DNA from: an uncultured delta proteobacterium
GTDB lineage: Bacteria > Desulfobacterota > Binatia > UBA9968
Direction of reading: 5' to 3'
Assembly (NCBI GenBank): GCA_963816145.1
Contig: CAWFJP010000004.1
Location: 128,001 to 192,000 of the forward strand
Length of the DNA: 64,000 bases
Shown here: piece by piece, positions 12,707 to 22,802 of the stretch
How positions within the stretch are numbered: the stretch's first letter is position 1
Layout of the letters: each line of letters opens with the position of its first letter
Notes under the pieces: generated by a model
Seen by the model: the letters and a program-made list of their open reading frames with translations, nothing else
Told to the model about the DNA's origin: nothing
Database searches by the model: none
Position numbers and translations under genes: made by a program

Positions 12707-13402
12707 TTGGGCAAGGGCGCGCCCGAGTTCACCAACGCGCGCTCCCGCGCACGGGAGACTCTGTCAGATAAATCCGCCCGTGCCGCCCGCATCGCTGCCG
12801 GTTTGGCGGAACTTTACGGCGACATCGAGTGCCCGCTGATACACCGTAACAACTTTGAGTTGTTGGTTGCGGTTATCTTGTCGGCGCAGTGCACCGATAC
12901 CGCGGTCAATAAGGTGACGCCTGAATTGTTCGCGCGATATCCTGATCCAATCGCGCTGTCGCGCACGTCATTAGCGGATATCGAGTCTTGTATCCGTACC
13001 CTGGGACTGTTTCGTGCCAAAGCAAAATCGCTCAAGCGCTGTGCCGAGCAGTTGGTCCGAGATCACAATGGCGAAGTGCCATCAGCGATGGAGGATTTGA
13101 CGAAGCTCGCGGGCGTCGGCAGAAAAACTGCCAATGTGATTCGCGGTCACGCCTTCGGTGAGCCCGGTATCGCCGTCGACACCCACTGCCGGCGTTTGTC
13201 GCGCCGACTGGGCCTAACCCGGCAGCAAGATCCGGTGAAGATCGAATCCGACTTGGCACGCATCCTGCCGCCTGCCGACTGGACTAACTTCTCGCACCGG
13301 TTGATTATCCACGGTCGGCGCGTTTGTTACGCGCGCAAACCCTCGTGCAACCGTTGCACGTTGACGCGCTTGTGTCCTGCGGCGAGTTTCCAACCCAGTT
13401 GA
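12707..13402 (+). CDS. nth: Endonuclease III
   Basis: LLVAVILSAQCTD, HhH LAGVGRKTANV, AVDTH, C-x6-C-x2-C-x5-C 4Fe-4S motif; start uncertain (TTG 12707). Confidence 0.93.
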   Translation: MGKGAPEFTNARSRARETLSDKSARAARIAAGLAELYGDIECPLIHRNNFELLVAVILSAQCTDTAVNKVTPELFARYPDPIALSRTSLADIESCIRTLGLFRAKAKSLKRCAEQLVRDHNGEVPSAMEDLTKLAGVGRKTANVIRGHAFGEPGIAVDTHCRRLSRRLGLTRQQDPVKIESDLARILPPADWTNFSHRLIIHGRRVCYARKPSCNRCTLTRLCPAASFQPS

Positions 13403-13531
13403 GCCTGGCTAGCTGATAGACACCGTGGGCTACTCCTATTGGGCAATCAAACCCAGTGGTCACAAGGTATCGCGAGCGTAACATTTCAGCGCCACTCGAC
13501 GGCAGTTCCTTCGCGCCGTAAAACTGAATGA

Positions 13532-13703
13532 CCCTCGGCTTAAGGCCGAGGGGTTCTGAATTCGTCGACTAGAAGTCGACTCTTCCGTGTCGTCATTCCG
13601 GCTTAGGCCGGAATCCAGGTTTTCTTTGGCCTTGCAGCGCGCGCGAAGATGGATGCCGGCCTTCGCCGGCATGACAAACTTTCTCTTCGCCTGAAGGCGA
13701 GGG
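13532..13703. repeat. Composite palindromic element (REP/MITE-like)
   Basis: Hairpins CCCTCGGC-N5-GCCGAGGG (13532-13552), GTCGACT-AGA-AGTCGAC (13564-13580), an inverted REP-like pair GTCATTCCGGCTTAGGCCGGAATCCAG (13592-13618) / TGGATGCCGGCCTTCGCCGGCATGAC (13650-13675), and TCGCC-TGAA-GGCGA (13687-13700). Confidence 0.75.
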
Positions 13704-13903
13704 ATTTCAACCATCCCCGAGAGAGACATTAATAGCCATCGACATTCCGTCTGCCAAGCTGTCCGCAGTTTGCAGCCAATCGTGCAACGACTATCGAACC
13801 CTACGGCTCTGTTGAAATACGACATCCCCGGAATGCGAACCGTCCCATGCATCGTTGGCTTAAACGTTCATCGAATCCCAAACGGTGACAATGGAGCCGT
13901 GCT

Positions 13904-14761
13904 CTAAAACTCGAAAGCAACATCCAATTTGGCATCCGGCGATGCGAGATGGACGCAGACAACATCCTTGGCATGAAATGGGTAGGGTGTCGTCGTGGTT
14001 TCGTAAATTTCCGGCGGCAGCATCGTCAAGTTAACGCCGCCTTCCGACAGTTTTGCGCAAGCGTTGCCGTTAGCGATGTTGACAAATTCTTTCGACGCGT
14101 CGATCGCCAGCTCATCGGCAGTGCTGATGGTGTCGTCCAACATCGTCGAGGCCATCTGTAATAGCAGCTTCGGCGGCACTGACAAGAGACAGTTGAACTC
14201 GACGTTCTCGCCTGCGATCTTTTGCGCAATGACCCAACGGAACCGCCGGATTTTTTCTTTGCCGCTCTCGCAGCGCTCGATGATGATGTCTTGCTTGCCG
14301 AATCGGGTGAACATCAAGAGCATCAGGTCGGTGAATGTCGTAACGATGTCTTTGTGCACCAGGGCGCCGAAAGCGTCGCTGACTTCTGAAGAGAACTTCT
14401 CGGTTTCTTTGTTGTATTCTTTGAGTTCACGTTCGAGCGACTCAATGGTGATAAACCCCTTGAGCATCAGCGCTTCGCCCAACCTTACCCGGTGACAAAT
14501 TTCCTCGACCTGTAAGAGGTCATCGACCTGGATCTGGGTCAAATGGCCCAACTCCACCGCCAATTCGCCAAAGCGCAAAGCCTTGCGTTTCTGCTGCTCT
14601 AGGATGTCTGTGACCTGGGCCGCACTTAGCCAGCCACGTTCCAAGGCCAACGTCCCGATCGGCATCGAAATGGTTTTTTGAAACTCTAGCGCAGCGAGCA
14701 GTTGCTGCGAAGTTATTCGACCTCTCTCGAGTAGAAATTGCCCAAAAAATCTCGTGCTCAT
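13904..14761 (-). CDS. CheX-family phosphatase with N-terminal MshEN-like repeats
   Basis: Four RLGxxLxxxGxI-like repeats, then a CheX domain with ExxN motif (DASKEFVNIANGNA...MLPP); ATG overlaps the cheY stop (ATGA). Confidence 0.8.
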   Translation of the reverse strand: MSTRFFGQFLLERGRITSQQLLAALEFQKTISMPIGTLALERGWLSAAQVTDILEQQKRKALRFGELAVELGHLTQIQVDDLLQVEEICHRVRLGEALMLKGFITIESLERELKEYNKETEKFSSEVSDAFGALVHKDIVTTFTDLMLLMFTRFGKQDIIIERCESGKEKIRRFRWVIAQKIAGENVEFNCLLSVPPKLLLQMASTMLDDTISTADELAIDASKEFVNIANGNACAKLSEGGVNLTMLPPEIYETTTTPYPFHAKDVVCVHLASPDAKLDVAFEF

Positions 14762-15141
14762 AGTTCCACCCCGGCTTCTTGGCAAACGTTCTTCAGGTGC
14801 GCCAGCATGTTTTCCTTCTGCAGCGGTTTTTGCAGGAAGCTCTTGGCCCCCTTCTTGAGACAATCCTGGACGGTCGCCTCGGTGCCGATCGAGCTTACCA
14901 TCACCACACAAGCGCCGGTGTCGACATCGAGCAAGCGCTCGAGGGTGTCGACGCCGGTCACTTCAGGCATGACGACGTCGAGTAACACCAGTTGGGGCTT
15001 GATCTCCTTAAATTTCTCTACGGCCTCGGGGCCGCTGCAGGCGGTGGCGACGACTTCGAAATTGCTGCCGCGCAACTGCGCTGCGAGCATGGCGAGCATC
15101 GTTTTGGAGTCGTCTACGGCGAGAACCTTTACTTTATTCAT
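14758..15141 (-). CDS. cheY: Single-domain response regulator CheY
   Basis: VLAVDD, VLLDVVMP, VSS, FLQKP receiver motifs; inside the che cluster. Confidence 0.85.
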   Translation of the reverse strand: MNKVKVLAVDDSKTMLAMLAAQLRGSNFEVVATACSGPEAVEKFKEIKPQLVLLDVVMPEVTGVDTLERLLDVDTGACVVMVSSIGTEATVQDCLKKGAKSFLQKPLQKENMLAHLKNVCQEAGVEL

Positions 15142-15232
15142 GATGATAATCTCCTTCCTAAAATGTCCTTATCCTTCGCTTGAGTGACGTTGTTAATTTC
15201 ACGTTTATTTTTGTGCCGATAATCGCATTCGG

Positions 15233-16339
15233 TTAACGTCGGCCGCGCACTGGCATTTTCTCAATTGTCCTGCCGTTTAGGATCGCAGCGGCAATCCCGG
15301 AAAGATTGACGACCCGGTCCACCGCACCGTGCTCGATGGCCTCCTTGGGCATACCAAAGACCACGCAGGAGGCTTCGTCCTGGGCGAGGGTATAAGCACC
15401 GGCTTGTTTCATTTCTCGAAGTCCCTCAGCGCCGTCATTACCCATGCCGGTCATGATGACGCCGACGGCGTTGAGTCCGGCGCTCTGCGCCACAGAACGG
15501 AACAGGACATCAACGCTTGGACGATGGCGTGAGACTAACGGCCCGTCGGTGACTTCGACGACATACTGGGCGCCGTTGCGCCGCACCAGGGTATGGAGAT
15601 TTCCCGGCGCTATTAGCGCGCGCCCGGCGGCGATGCGGTCACCGTTAGCGGCTTCCTTGACCTCGATCCGGCAAGTTTGATTTAAGCGTTGAGCGAACGC
15701 CGCGGTGAACCCTTCGGGCATATGTTGCACCACGACGAGCCCCGGTGCATCAGTCGGCATGGACTCGAGGACCATGCGTAATGCTTCGGTGCCGCCGGTG
15801 GACGCCCCAATGGCGACGACTTTGTCGCTGGTAGTCCGCAACGGCAAGGCCGATTTATCCGCAGGTATGGCATCGGGGTTGAACCGCGGTGTCGCGGCAA
15901 TTGGGGGTCTGAGAGATCTTCGCCCCGTCGAGCGCGCTGCCGCCCGTACTGCGTCGATCAAAATGATTGCGGATTCGTGTAAAAACTCGCGCACACCAAG
16001 GCGGGGTTTAGAGACCACGTCGACGGCGCCTTCTTCGAGGGCTTGCAAACCGATGCTGGTGTCGGGACCGGTCAATGCTGAACAAATGATGACGGGAAGG
16101 GGATCTTCGCGGATGATCTTGCGGAGAAAAGTTAGACCGTCCATGCGTGGCATCTCAAGGTCGAGAATCATCACGTCGGGACGTTGATTTTTCATCTTAC
16201 CCATGGCGATGAACGGATCGCCGGCGACCACGACGTTAAAGCCCGGCTCCTGAGACAGCACCGCAGTCATCACCTCGCGCACGACGGCGGAATCGTCGAC
16301 CACCAGGATATTCAATGGGCCATGGTGAATGGTATTCAT
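15233..16339 (-). CDS. cheB: Chemotaxis methylesterase CheB (receiver plus catalytic domain)
   Basis: ILVVDDSAVVR, AIGASTGGTEAL, VVQHMP, HRPSVDVLF, MTGMGNDGA; ATG 16339 overlaps the cheR stop. Confidence 0.95.
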   Translation of the reverse strand: MNTIHHGPLNILVVDDSAVVREVMTAVLSQEPGFNVVVAGDPFIAMGKMKNQRPDVMILDLEMPRMDGLTFLRKIIREDPLPVIICSALTGPDTSIGLQALEEGAVDVVSKPRLGVREFLHESAIILIDAVRAAARSTGRRSLRPPIAATPRFNPDAIPADKSALPLRTTSDKVVAIGASTGGTEALRMVLESMPTDAPGLVVVQHMPEGFTAAFAQRLNQTCRIEVKEAANGDRIAAGRALIAPGNLHTLVRRNGAQYVVEVTDGPLVSRHRPSVDVLFRSVAQSAGLNAVGVIMTGMGNDGAEGLREMKQAGAYTLAQDEASCVVFGMPKEAIEHGAVDRVVNLSGIAAAILNGRTIEKMPVRGRR

Positions 16340-17280
16340 CCTGTTGTGAGCACTCCCCGGCTTTTCATTCCTCTCGGTCTCAGCGGAGTTTGGGGCTGGT
16401 CGGTGATCGTATAGATTGTTGGTACAATATAGCGCACTCGATCGGTAACTCCGGTCAGACTCTCGGCGTGGCCGACAAAGAGAAATCCGTTCGGTGCCAG
16501 GCGGTCGACCAAACGCTGGATCACGCGGGCACGCGACTGGGTGTCGAAGTAGATCAGTACATTGCGGCAAAAAATCAAATCGAGATTCCCCGTAACCGGA
16601 TAGTCGTCGTCGTTGAGGTTGAGCCGTTCGAAGCGCACCACCGAGCGTAGTTCCGCCCCGGCTTTCATATTGCCGCTTTGCTCGCCGCTTCCCTTGAGCA
16701 TATATTTTTTGAGGTAGCCCTGGGGAATCTCACTGGCTTTGTCGATCGGCCACATCCCGGCGGCGCCTGTGCTGAGCGCGCGGGTCGAGAGATCAGTTGC
16801 GAGGATTTCAAAGTCCCACCCTGAACCTGTTGGAAAGTGATTCCACAACATCATCGCGAGGGAAAAGGGCTCCTCGCCGCTGGAGCAAGCGGCGCTCCAG
16901 GCCCGGATATGTCGGGTGCCGCCGGCCGACCGATTGCGCTCCTTCCACGCGGGAAAGACTTCATTTTCGAGAAACTCGAATTGCTTGGGCTCGCGAAAGA
17001 AATGGGTTTCGTTTGTCGCTATGCGATCGAGCAGGACAATCAGCTCGTCACTGTGATCACTATCCAGAATATGGCGGTAATAGGCTGCAAATGAACTCAA
17101 GCCCAGTTCCCGCAAACGTCGCGTCAGCCGAGCTTCGAGCAGAGCTTTCTTTGCCGGGACGAGGTGGATCCCGGCCTCCCGATAGATCAGCTTTTGAAAC
17201 AGCACAAACTCACGATCCGAGACCGGACGAGTGGCAGGTTCGACGGTTGCTTGAGTTGGCGCTGAGGTCGGGTGATTCAT
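16336..17280 (-). CDS. cheR: Chemotaxis methyltransferase CheR
   Basis: TNETHFFRE, WSAACSSGEEP, IFCRNVLIYFD, GHAESL. Confidence 0.96.
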   Translation of the reverse strand: MNHPTSAPTQATVEPATRPVSDREFVLFQKLIYREAGIHLVPAKKALLEARLTRRLRELGLSSFAAYYRHILDSDHSDELIVLLDRIATNETHFFREPKQFEFLENEVFPAWKERNRSAGGTRHIRAWSAACSSGEEPFSLAMMLWNHFPTGSGWDFEILATDLSTRALSTGAAGMWPIDKASEIPQGYLKKYMLKGSGEQSGNMKAGAELRSVVRFERLNLNDDDYPVTGNLDLIFCRNVLIYFDTQSRARVIQRLVDRLAPNGFLFVGHAESLTGVTDRVRYIVPTIYTITDQPQTPLRPRGMKSRGVLTTG

Positions 17281-17408
17281 GGTCAAAGTGTCGCCACCCG
17301 TTGATCACGGACGCGCCCATGGTGCGCAACGGCGCCGTCACTCCAGGATGCCTTTCGATGGGTCATTCTTTTGCTACCTTTGTTGCCGTTGGCTATGCCG
17401 CACCTTCG

Positions 17409-18983
17409 TTAGAATCGTTGATAATCTCGGTCATTGTCGTGATCTGGCTGTCGACGATCATTGTCCCGTCCGGTTTTAACCGACGGTAAGTGGTGCAGAG
17501 GAAGTTTCAATGACTGCTGCGACCGGTTGTGTTGGCGCCGGGTTGCCGCGGGCTGCGCCAATTTCACTGTTCCCCCTATTTCAGTGTAGATCTGAAACGC
17601 GCTCATTAATTTCTGTAGCTCTTGGGCTCGGGAGGCGAGTTGTCCGGCTGTGCTTGTCAGCTCTTCAGCCGCGGCTGCGTTGGTTTGCGTGACTCGATCC
17701 ACCTGAGTCATCGCCTTATTCACGTGGTGCACCCCGACCCCCTGTTCGCGCGAAGCGGTGGACACTTCTTGCACCAACTCCGCGGTCTTGCGAATCGCCG
17801 GCACGAGATCGTTCAGCAATCGCCCGGACCGTTCGGCGACTTTGAGGCTAGACGCCGTTAGCGAACTGATTTCTTGAGCTGCGGCTTGACTGCGTTCGGC
17901 CAATTTCCTGACCTCGGTAGCGACTACGGAAAATCCTTTACCATGTTCACCGGCGCGGGCCGCCTCGATGGCGGCATTGAGCGCGAGCAGGTTGGTCTGG
18001 TAGGCGATCTCTTCAACGATGGTAATCTTTTCAGCGATCGTATTCATCGCGTCAACGGACTCAGAAACAGCCCTGCCGGATTCTTCGACTTGGCGCGCCC
18101 CAGCAAGCGCCATCTGTTCCATTTGCCGACTGTTGTCGACGTTTTGGCCAATCGAGGCATTCATTTGCTCCAGACTCGAAGTGGTTTCCTCGACCGAGGC
18201 AGCTTGCTCACTGGTGCCCTGCGCTAGGACCTCCGCCGAGGATGAAAGTTGATGGGAGACCAGCGCTACCGCGTCCGCCGACATGCGGACCTGGGCGATC
18301 ACGAGAGTGAGTTGATCGACAAACTGATTGAACGATCGCGCGACATCGCCGATCTCGTTGTTCGCGCTGTAATCGATACGCTTGGTCAAGTTGCCGTCAC
18401 CTTGGGCGATTTCATTAAGTCGGTCGGCGACCAGGGACAGCGGCCGGGAGATCTCCCGGCGCATCAAAAATGTCAAGACAACGAATAAGAAAACTAAACT
18501 CACTGCCTCGCGCAGAATGATGCTCCACCAGCCGCGGCCGACTAATTTTTCAAGTGACGCCGTCGAAATCCACAAGGTAACTGAACCAATAGCCTCCGTG
18601 TTATTGAAAAACACCGGGCGGGTGACGGCAAGAGTGGCTGTCAGGTTGGCTTTATCGCCACGGGTTGCGTTGATCTTTCCGGATTTGTCTTTAACCTCAA
18701 TATATTTAATTGCTGGATCATTGCCGAACGCGGCGATCGTTCCGTTGATCTTGTACTGATTAAAGGTGAACAACGCGCTGGCGATATTGTCTGCTAGAAG
18801 ATCGGCTGTGCGCACGCCTTGTTTTTTGATATCCGCCAATAGCGACCGGTGCCCTATATAGCTGGTCAGAAGCGCGGAAAGGACACCGACCGCCAGCAAG
18901 GCGAGCCCGGTGACCAGGCTGAAACGAAACGCCAGGCTACTCCTGCGCCGTTCGCTGATCCGATTGAAGTTGAAAAAATTCAT
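17409..18983 (-). CDS. Methyl-accepting chemotaxis protein (2 TM, small periplasmic domain, HAMP, C-terminal pentapeptide DYQRF)
   Basis: [40 protein letters not shown] signalling tip. Confidence 0.95.
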   Translation of the reverse strand: MNFFNFNRISERRRSSLAFRFSLVTGLALLAVGVLSALLTSYIGHRSLLADIKKQGVRTADLLADNIASALFTFNQYKINGTIAAFGNDPAIKYIEVKDKSGKINATRGDKANLTATLAVTRPVFFNNTEAIGSVTLWISTASLEKLVGRGWWSIILREAVSLVFLFVVLTFLMRREISRPLSLVADRLNEIAQGDGNLTKRIDYSANNEIGDVARSFNQFVDQLTLVIAQVRMSADAVALVSHQLSSSAEVLAQGTSEQAASVEETTSSLEQMNASIGQNVDNSRQMEQMALAGARQVEESGRAVSESVDAMNTIAEKITIVEEIAYQTNLLALNAAIEAARAGEHGKGFSVVATEVRKLAERSQAAAQEISSLTASSLKVAERSGRLLNDLVPAIRKTAELVQEVSTASREQGVGVHHVNKAMTQVDRVTQTNAAAAEELTSTAGQLASRAQELQKLMSAFQIYTEIGGTVKLAQPAATRRQHNRSQQSLKLPLHHLPSVKTGRDNDRRQPDHDNDRDYQRF

Positions 18984-18995
18984 ACAATTGTCTTG

Positions 18996-19202
18996 CTACC
19001 TGACTTTGTTTGGCGCCGGTCGGGCGCTTGTTGTCCGGTCGCATGCCGACATTTTCTCTTGGTTCTTCACCATGTCGGGATTAGCTCAGTCGGCGATCTT
19101 GTCTGTCAACCGACCCGAACCGCCGCCACTCATCTGGTTTTGGACAGAGACTGCCGCCGTACCGAGCAAAACGGCAATTATAATCGGGATTGGGACTTTC
19201 AC
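18996..19202 (-). pseudogene. Probable remnant of a secreted/periplasmic sensor protein with in-frame TGA
   Basis: AAGGA RBS and GTG start: MKVPIPIIIAVLLGTAAVSVQNQMSGGGSGRLTDKIAD*ANPDMVKNQEK...; TGA at 19086-19088, frame continues to TAG at 18996. Confidence 0.4.
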
Positions 19203-19225
19203 GATCCTTCTTGCCTTTGCGGTTT

Positions 19226-20470
19226 TTACAATTCATTGGTCCAGCGCGAGGGCTTGAAACCTGTCGCGCCGTTTACATCGGCGGCCCTTGCCGATTGATG
19301 CGCGCCGAGAGATCGTTCCTGTCTTGCCCGGGCATGTTCCTGCTGAACGCCTTGGGTCGGAGCCTGGCTACTGTTTGCGATTGGCTTCGGGGTTGAGCTT
19401 GGGGTGGTTGGGTCGACTCTGAACACGCTCATGAGTTGCTGCAGGTTCTCGGCATTGGCGGCCATTTGATCCGCGGTGATCGAGAGTTCTTCGGCCCAAG
19501 CCGCGTTGCGCTGGGTTACTTTGTCAACCTGCGTCATGGCTTTGTTAACTTGGGCTACTCCCAGCGCCTGTTCTCTTGACGCCGTCGCCACCTCCTGCAC
19601 TAACTCAGCGGTCTTCCTGATCGATGGCACCAACCCGACCAAGACTTCCCCCGACCGTTCAGCGACTCTCACGCTCGAAGAGGTAAGCGAGCTGATGTCT
19701 CCGGCGGCGATTTGGCTTCTTTCCGCGAGCTTTCTAACTTCGCTGGCGACAACGGCGAAGCCCTTGCCATGCTCGCCAGCGCGCGCCGCCTCGATGGCGG
19801 CATTGAGAGCCAAAAGATTCGTCTGATAAGCAATTTCTTCGACGATGGAAATTTTCTCGGCGATGGTTTTCATGGCATTGACCGATTCGGCAACCGCTTG
19901 GCTGCTTTCGGCAATGTCTTTGGATCCCTTGAGGGCCATCTGTTCCATCTGGCGCGAGTTCTCCGCGTTCTGGGTGATCGAAGCGTTCATCTCCTCCAGG
20001 CTAGCGGTGGTTTCTTCCACCGCCGCGGCATGCTCGCTGGTCGACTGGGTCAGATTCTGCGCTGAGGCCGCGATCTCGCCTGCGGCCTTCGATAAGGTGT
20101 CGGCGGTGCTGATCACCCACTCGATGGACTCGTGGAGATTGTCCGTAAAAGTGTTGTATGCGCGGGCCACCTCGCCGAGTTCGTCGCCTCGGTCGATCGC
20201 TTTCACCCATCTGAGCAATCCCGACTGTCCGTGATTGTGATTGTTGAAACGGTTGGCAAAATTGAGCAGGGGTCGGGCAATACTATCCGCCAGATACCAA
20301 GCGACAAAACAATTTAGGATCGTGAAACCAACGCCGATCCCGAGCAGGATATTGAAACTCGCGCCCTGCGCCGCCAATGCGCCGCAGACAGCGTAGCCGA
20401 GCGCGAAAAGGGCGGATAGTAGGTAGAACTTTTTTCTGATCGTCAGCCGTCTGAGCATCAAGCGTAACAT
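19226..20470 (-). CDS. Methyl-accepting chemotaxis protein with almost no periplasmic domain
   Basis: Two closely spaced TM helices, HAMP, conserved signalling tip; ATG 20470 just after the upstream MCP stop. Confidence 0.93.
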   Translation of the reverse strand: MLRLMLRRLTIRKKFYLLSALFALGYAVCGALAAQGASFNILLGIGVGFTILNCFVAWYLADSIARPLLNFANRFNNHNHGQSGLLRWVKAIDRGDELGEVARAYNTFTDNLHESIEWVISTADTLSKAAGEIAASAQNLTQSTSEHAAAVEETTASLEEMNASITQNAENSRQMEQMALKGSKDIAESSQAVAESVNAMKTIAEKISIVEEIAYQTNLLALNAAIEAARAGEHGKGFAVVASEVRKLAERSQIAAGDISSLTSSSVRVAERSGEVLVGLVPSIRKTAELVQEVATASREQALGVAQVNKAMTQVDKVTQRNAAWAEELSITADQMAANAENLQQLMSVFRVDPTTPSSTPKPIANSSQAPTQGVQQEHARARQERSLGAHQSARAADVNGATGFKPSRWTNEL

Positions 20471-20472
20471 CG

Positions 20473-22188
20473 TTATTGCTCCCTCTGCGAATTGACTTGC
20501 CGGTTTCGTGCGCCGTTGACTTTTGACTCGACTGTCCACCGGGGCGGCTTGAAGGATTGAGCCCCTGTCCTGGTCGTTACTTCGCTTTTCGCTGTTGATA
20601 ACAATCGCATATCGCTTTGCTCCATCGACGGCGCCGCAGCAATCGCTGATCCCGATCGTCGCTGCCCGACTGATGCCGCGTATGGGTTTCCCTGTGGCGG
20701 TCCGTTGTCTGGGGCGTTGTCGATTCGGAAGGCGCTCAATAGCTGTTGCAGACTGGCGGCTTGAGAAGCCATCTGATCGGCGGTGCCGGAGAGCTCTTCG
20801 GCGGCCGAAGCATTTCGCTGCGTGACCTGATCCATCTGGGTCATCGCCTGGTTGACTTGGGAAACGCCGGCGGCTTGTTCTCTGGAGGCGGTGGCGACTT
20901 CCTGGACCAACTCGGCGGTCTTTTTTATCGACGGGACCAGATCTGTTAGCACCGCTGCCGATCGTTCAGCGATGCGCACGCTGGATGCGGTCAAGGCGTT
21001 GATCTCCTGGGCGGCGCACTGGCTGCGTTCGGCGAGATTCCTGACCTCTGTGGCGACCACTGCGAAGCCTTTGCCGTGCTCGCCGGCGCGGGCGGCTTCG
21101 ATGGCGGCGTTGAGAGCCAGCAAATTGGTTTGATAGGCGATGTCCTCGATGACCGCGGTCTTCGCGGCGATGGTTTCCATCGCCGCGGCAGACTCACCGA
21201 CAGCCTGGCTGGACTGAGCGATTTCATGAGCGCCATTGAGGGCCATGAATTCCATTTGTCTGCTGTTGTCTGCGTTCTGGGTGATCGAAGCGTTCATCTG
21301 CTCGAGGCTGGCGCTGGTTTGTTGCACCGAGGCGGCTTGCTCGCTGGTTCCCTGCGAGAGCGATTGCGACGAGGCCGCGACTTGGGAAGAGGCCGAAGCG
21401 ATTTCATCAGCGGCGGACTTCACCGACTGCACCATCGCTCGCAGCTGGGTGACCATTACTTTGCATGCCGATTGCATTTGGCCGATCTCATCTTCGCCAT
21501 GCACGGTGACGGTTTGACTAAGATCGCCATGGGCGACGGTTTGCACCAGGGCAACTAAATTGCGGATCGGAGCGGTAACCCATTTTTGCAAGATCAGGAA
21601 CACCCCCGCGGCGGAAACCGCAAGTGATACCAGCGCCAGGACCAGAAAGAGTCCGGTCATGCGGCGCTGCGCCGCCCGTATGACCTCCGCCCTTGAAACC
21701 AGCGAGATGTACACCGTGCCTTTTTCATGAACGACCGGATGGATAAAATTGTAGTTGCCGTCAATTGCCAGCGTCAGGGTATTTTTCGGATGCCGGGTCA
21801 GGTGGGTCTGGATCGCCTTGTGCAACTTCAGTTTCTTTTCTTCGCTGGGGTCGCTGTGAACTGCTAGATTGCCTTCGCCATCGTAGACTGCGATATGGGC
21901 GAGTTCGGGATTGGCTTTCTGCAACGCCAGGATATCGCCTTTGAGAACGATGAATACGTTGGGTTGATAGCCGACTTGATTCAATAGGTCCGTGACCCGA
22001 GTTCTCAGCGGTTGGATGAGTACCGCGGAGCGGGCTTCCAGCCAATGAAGATATTCGGCGGTGAAGACCGACACGTTAATCCAGGCGCCGACACCGAGCA
22101 CGGCCATCAGGAGAAGCGCAACCGGTATTGCAATTTTTGCTCGGAGGTCGTTCTTAATCTGCTGCATAAAATTTGCGCGGCTTATCAC
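20473..22188 (-). CDS. Methyl-accepting chemotaxis protein (periplasmic sensor, HAMP)
   Basis: TM-sensor-TM-HAMP, [40 protein letters not shown]. Confidence 0.95.
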   Translation of the reverse strand: MISRANFMQQIKNDLRAKIAIPVALLLMAVLGVGAWINVSVFTAEYLHWLEARSAVLIQPLRTRVTDLLNQVGYQPNVFIVLKGDILALQKANPELAHIAVYDGEGNLAVHSDPSEEKKLKLHKAIQTHLTRHPKNTLTLAIDGNYNFIHPVVHEKGTVYISLVSRAEVIRAAQRRMTGLFLVLALVSLAVSAAGVFLILQKWVTAPIRNLVALVQTVAHGDLSQTVTVHGEDEIGQMQSACKVMVTQLRAMVQSVKSAADEIASASSQVAASSQSLSQGTSEQAASVQQTSASLEQMNASITQNADNSRQMEFMALNGAHEIAQSSQAVGESAAAMETIAAKTAVIEDIAYQTNLLALNAAIEAARAGEHGKGFAVVATEVRNLAERSQCAAQEINALTASSVRIAERSAAVLTDLVPSIKKTAELVQEVATASREQAAGVSQVNQAMTQMDQVTQRNASAAEELSGTADQMASQAASLQQLLSAFRIDNAPDNGPPQGNPYAASVGQRRSGSAIAAAPSMEQSDMRLLSTAKSEVTTRTGAQSFKPPRWTVESKVNGARNRQVNSQREQ

Positions 22189-22265
22189 CTGGTTTATCCA
22201 CGTTGCTCCTAAGAGTTGATTGGCGCGGTTCCTTTCCCAACTGCCAGGCGACGTTTCGAGTTTGC

Positions 22266-22787
22266 TTACAGCGCTGCCGCCGCTCCCTGTTCCGATGCGT
22301 TGACGCCGCGTGCCGTCGGCACAAGATCGTCAGCGTTCAAGACTTTATCGATGTCGAGGACCAAGACGAACTTGTCGCCGGATTTTCCCATGCCGCGCAG
22401 AAAATCGATGCGTCTCCGGGTGCCGAAGGCCGGCGCCGGTAAAATATTGTCTTCCGACATACTAATCACTTGGCTGACGGAGTCGGCGATGACGCCCATG
22501 ACCGCGCGGCTCTCGTTGATATCGGCTTCGACGATGACGATGCATGTGCGATCGGTCACGGGGCTGGCGGTCAAACCAAACTTGAGCCCGAGATCTACGA
22601 CCGGGACGACATTGCCGCGTAAATTGATCACGCCGCGGATCGACGGCGGGGTGTGCGGCACTTTGGTCAGAGTCCCGTAGGTTATGATTTCCCTGACCTG
22701 CAAGATGCCCACGGCGTATTCCTCCCCGGCCAAATGAAATGTCAGATATTGCGTCTGGTCGAAGCTATTATTTTTGTCATGCATCAC
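22266..22787 (-). CDS. cheW: Chemotaxis coupling protein CheW
   Basis: [29 protein letters not shown]. Confidence 0.95.
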   Translation of the reverse strand: MMHDKNNSFDQTQYLTFHLAGEEYAVGILQVREIITYGTLTKVPHTPPSIRGVINLRGNVVPVVDLGLKFGLTASPVTDRTCIVIVEADINESRAVMGVIADSVSQVISMSEDNILPAPAFGTRRRIDFLRGMGKSGDKFVLVLDIDKVLNADDLVPTARGVNASEQGAAAAL

Positions 22788-22802
22788 GGACCTCGATTAA
22801 TT

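Noticed and set aside
13460-13852. 130-aa minus-strand ORF
   Set aside because: It is a translation of the palindromic repeat element (VMPAKAGIH, LDSGLSRND), not a credible protein
15190-15225. Sigma28 -10 box GCCGATAA between cheB and cheY
   Set aside because: It is on the plus strand, antisense to the operon, lacks a well-spaced TAAA -35, and is part of a small hairpin after cheB
19086-19088. In-frame TGA as a selenocysteine codon
   Set aside because: No redox-motif context and no convincing SECIS-like hairpin seen downstream; a TGG-to-TGA change or true stop is simpler
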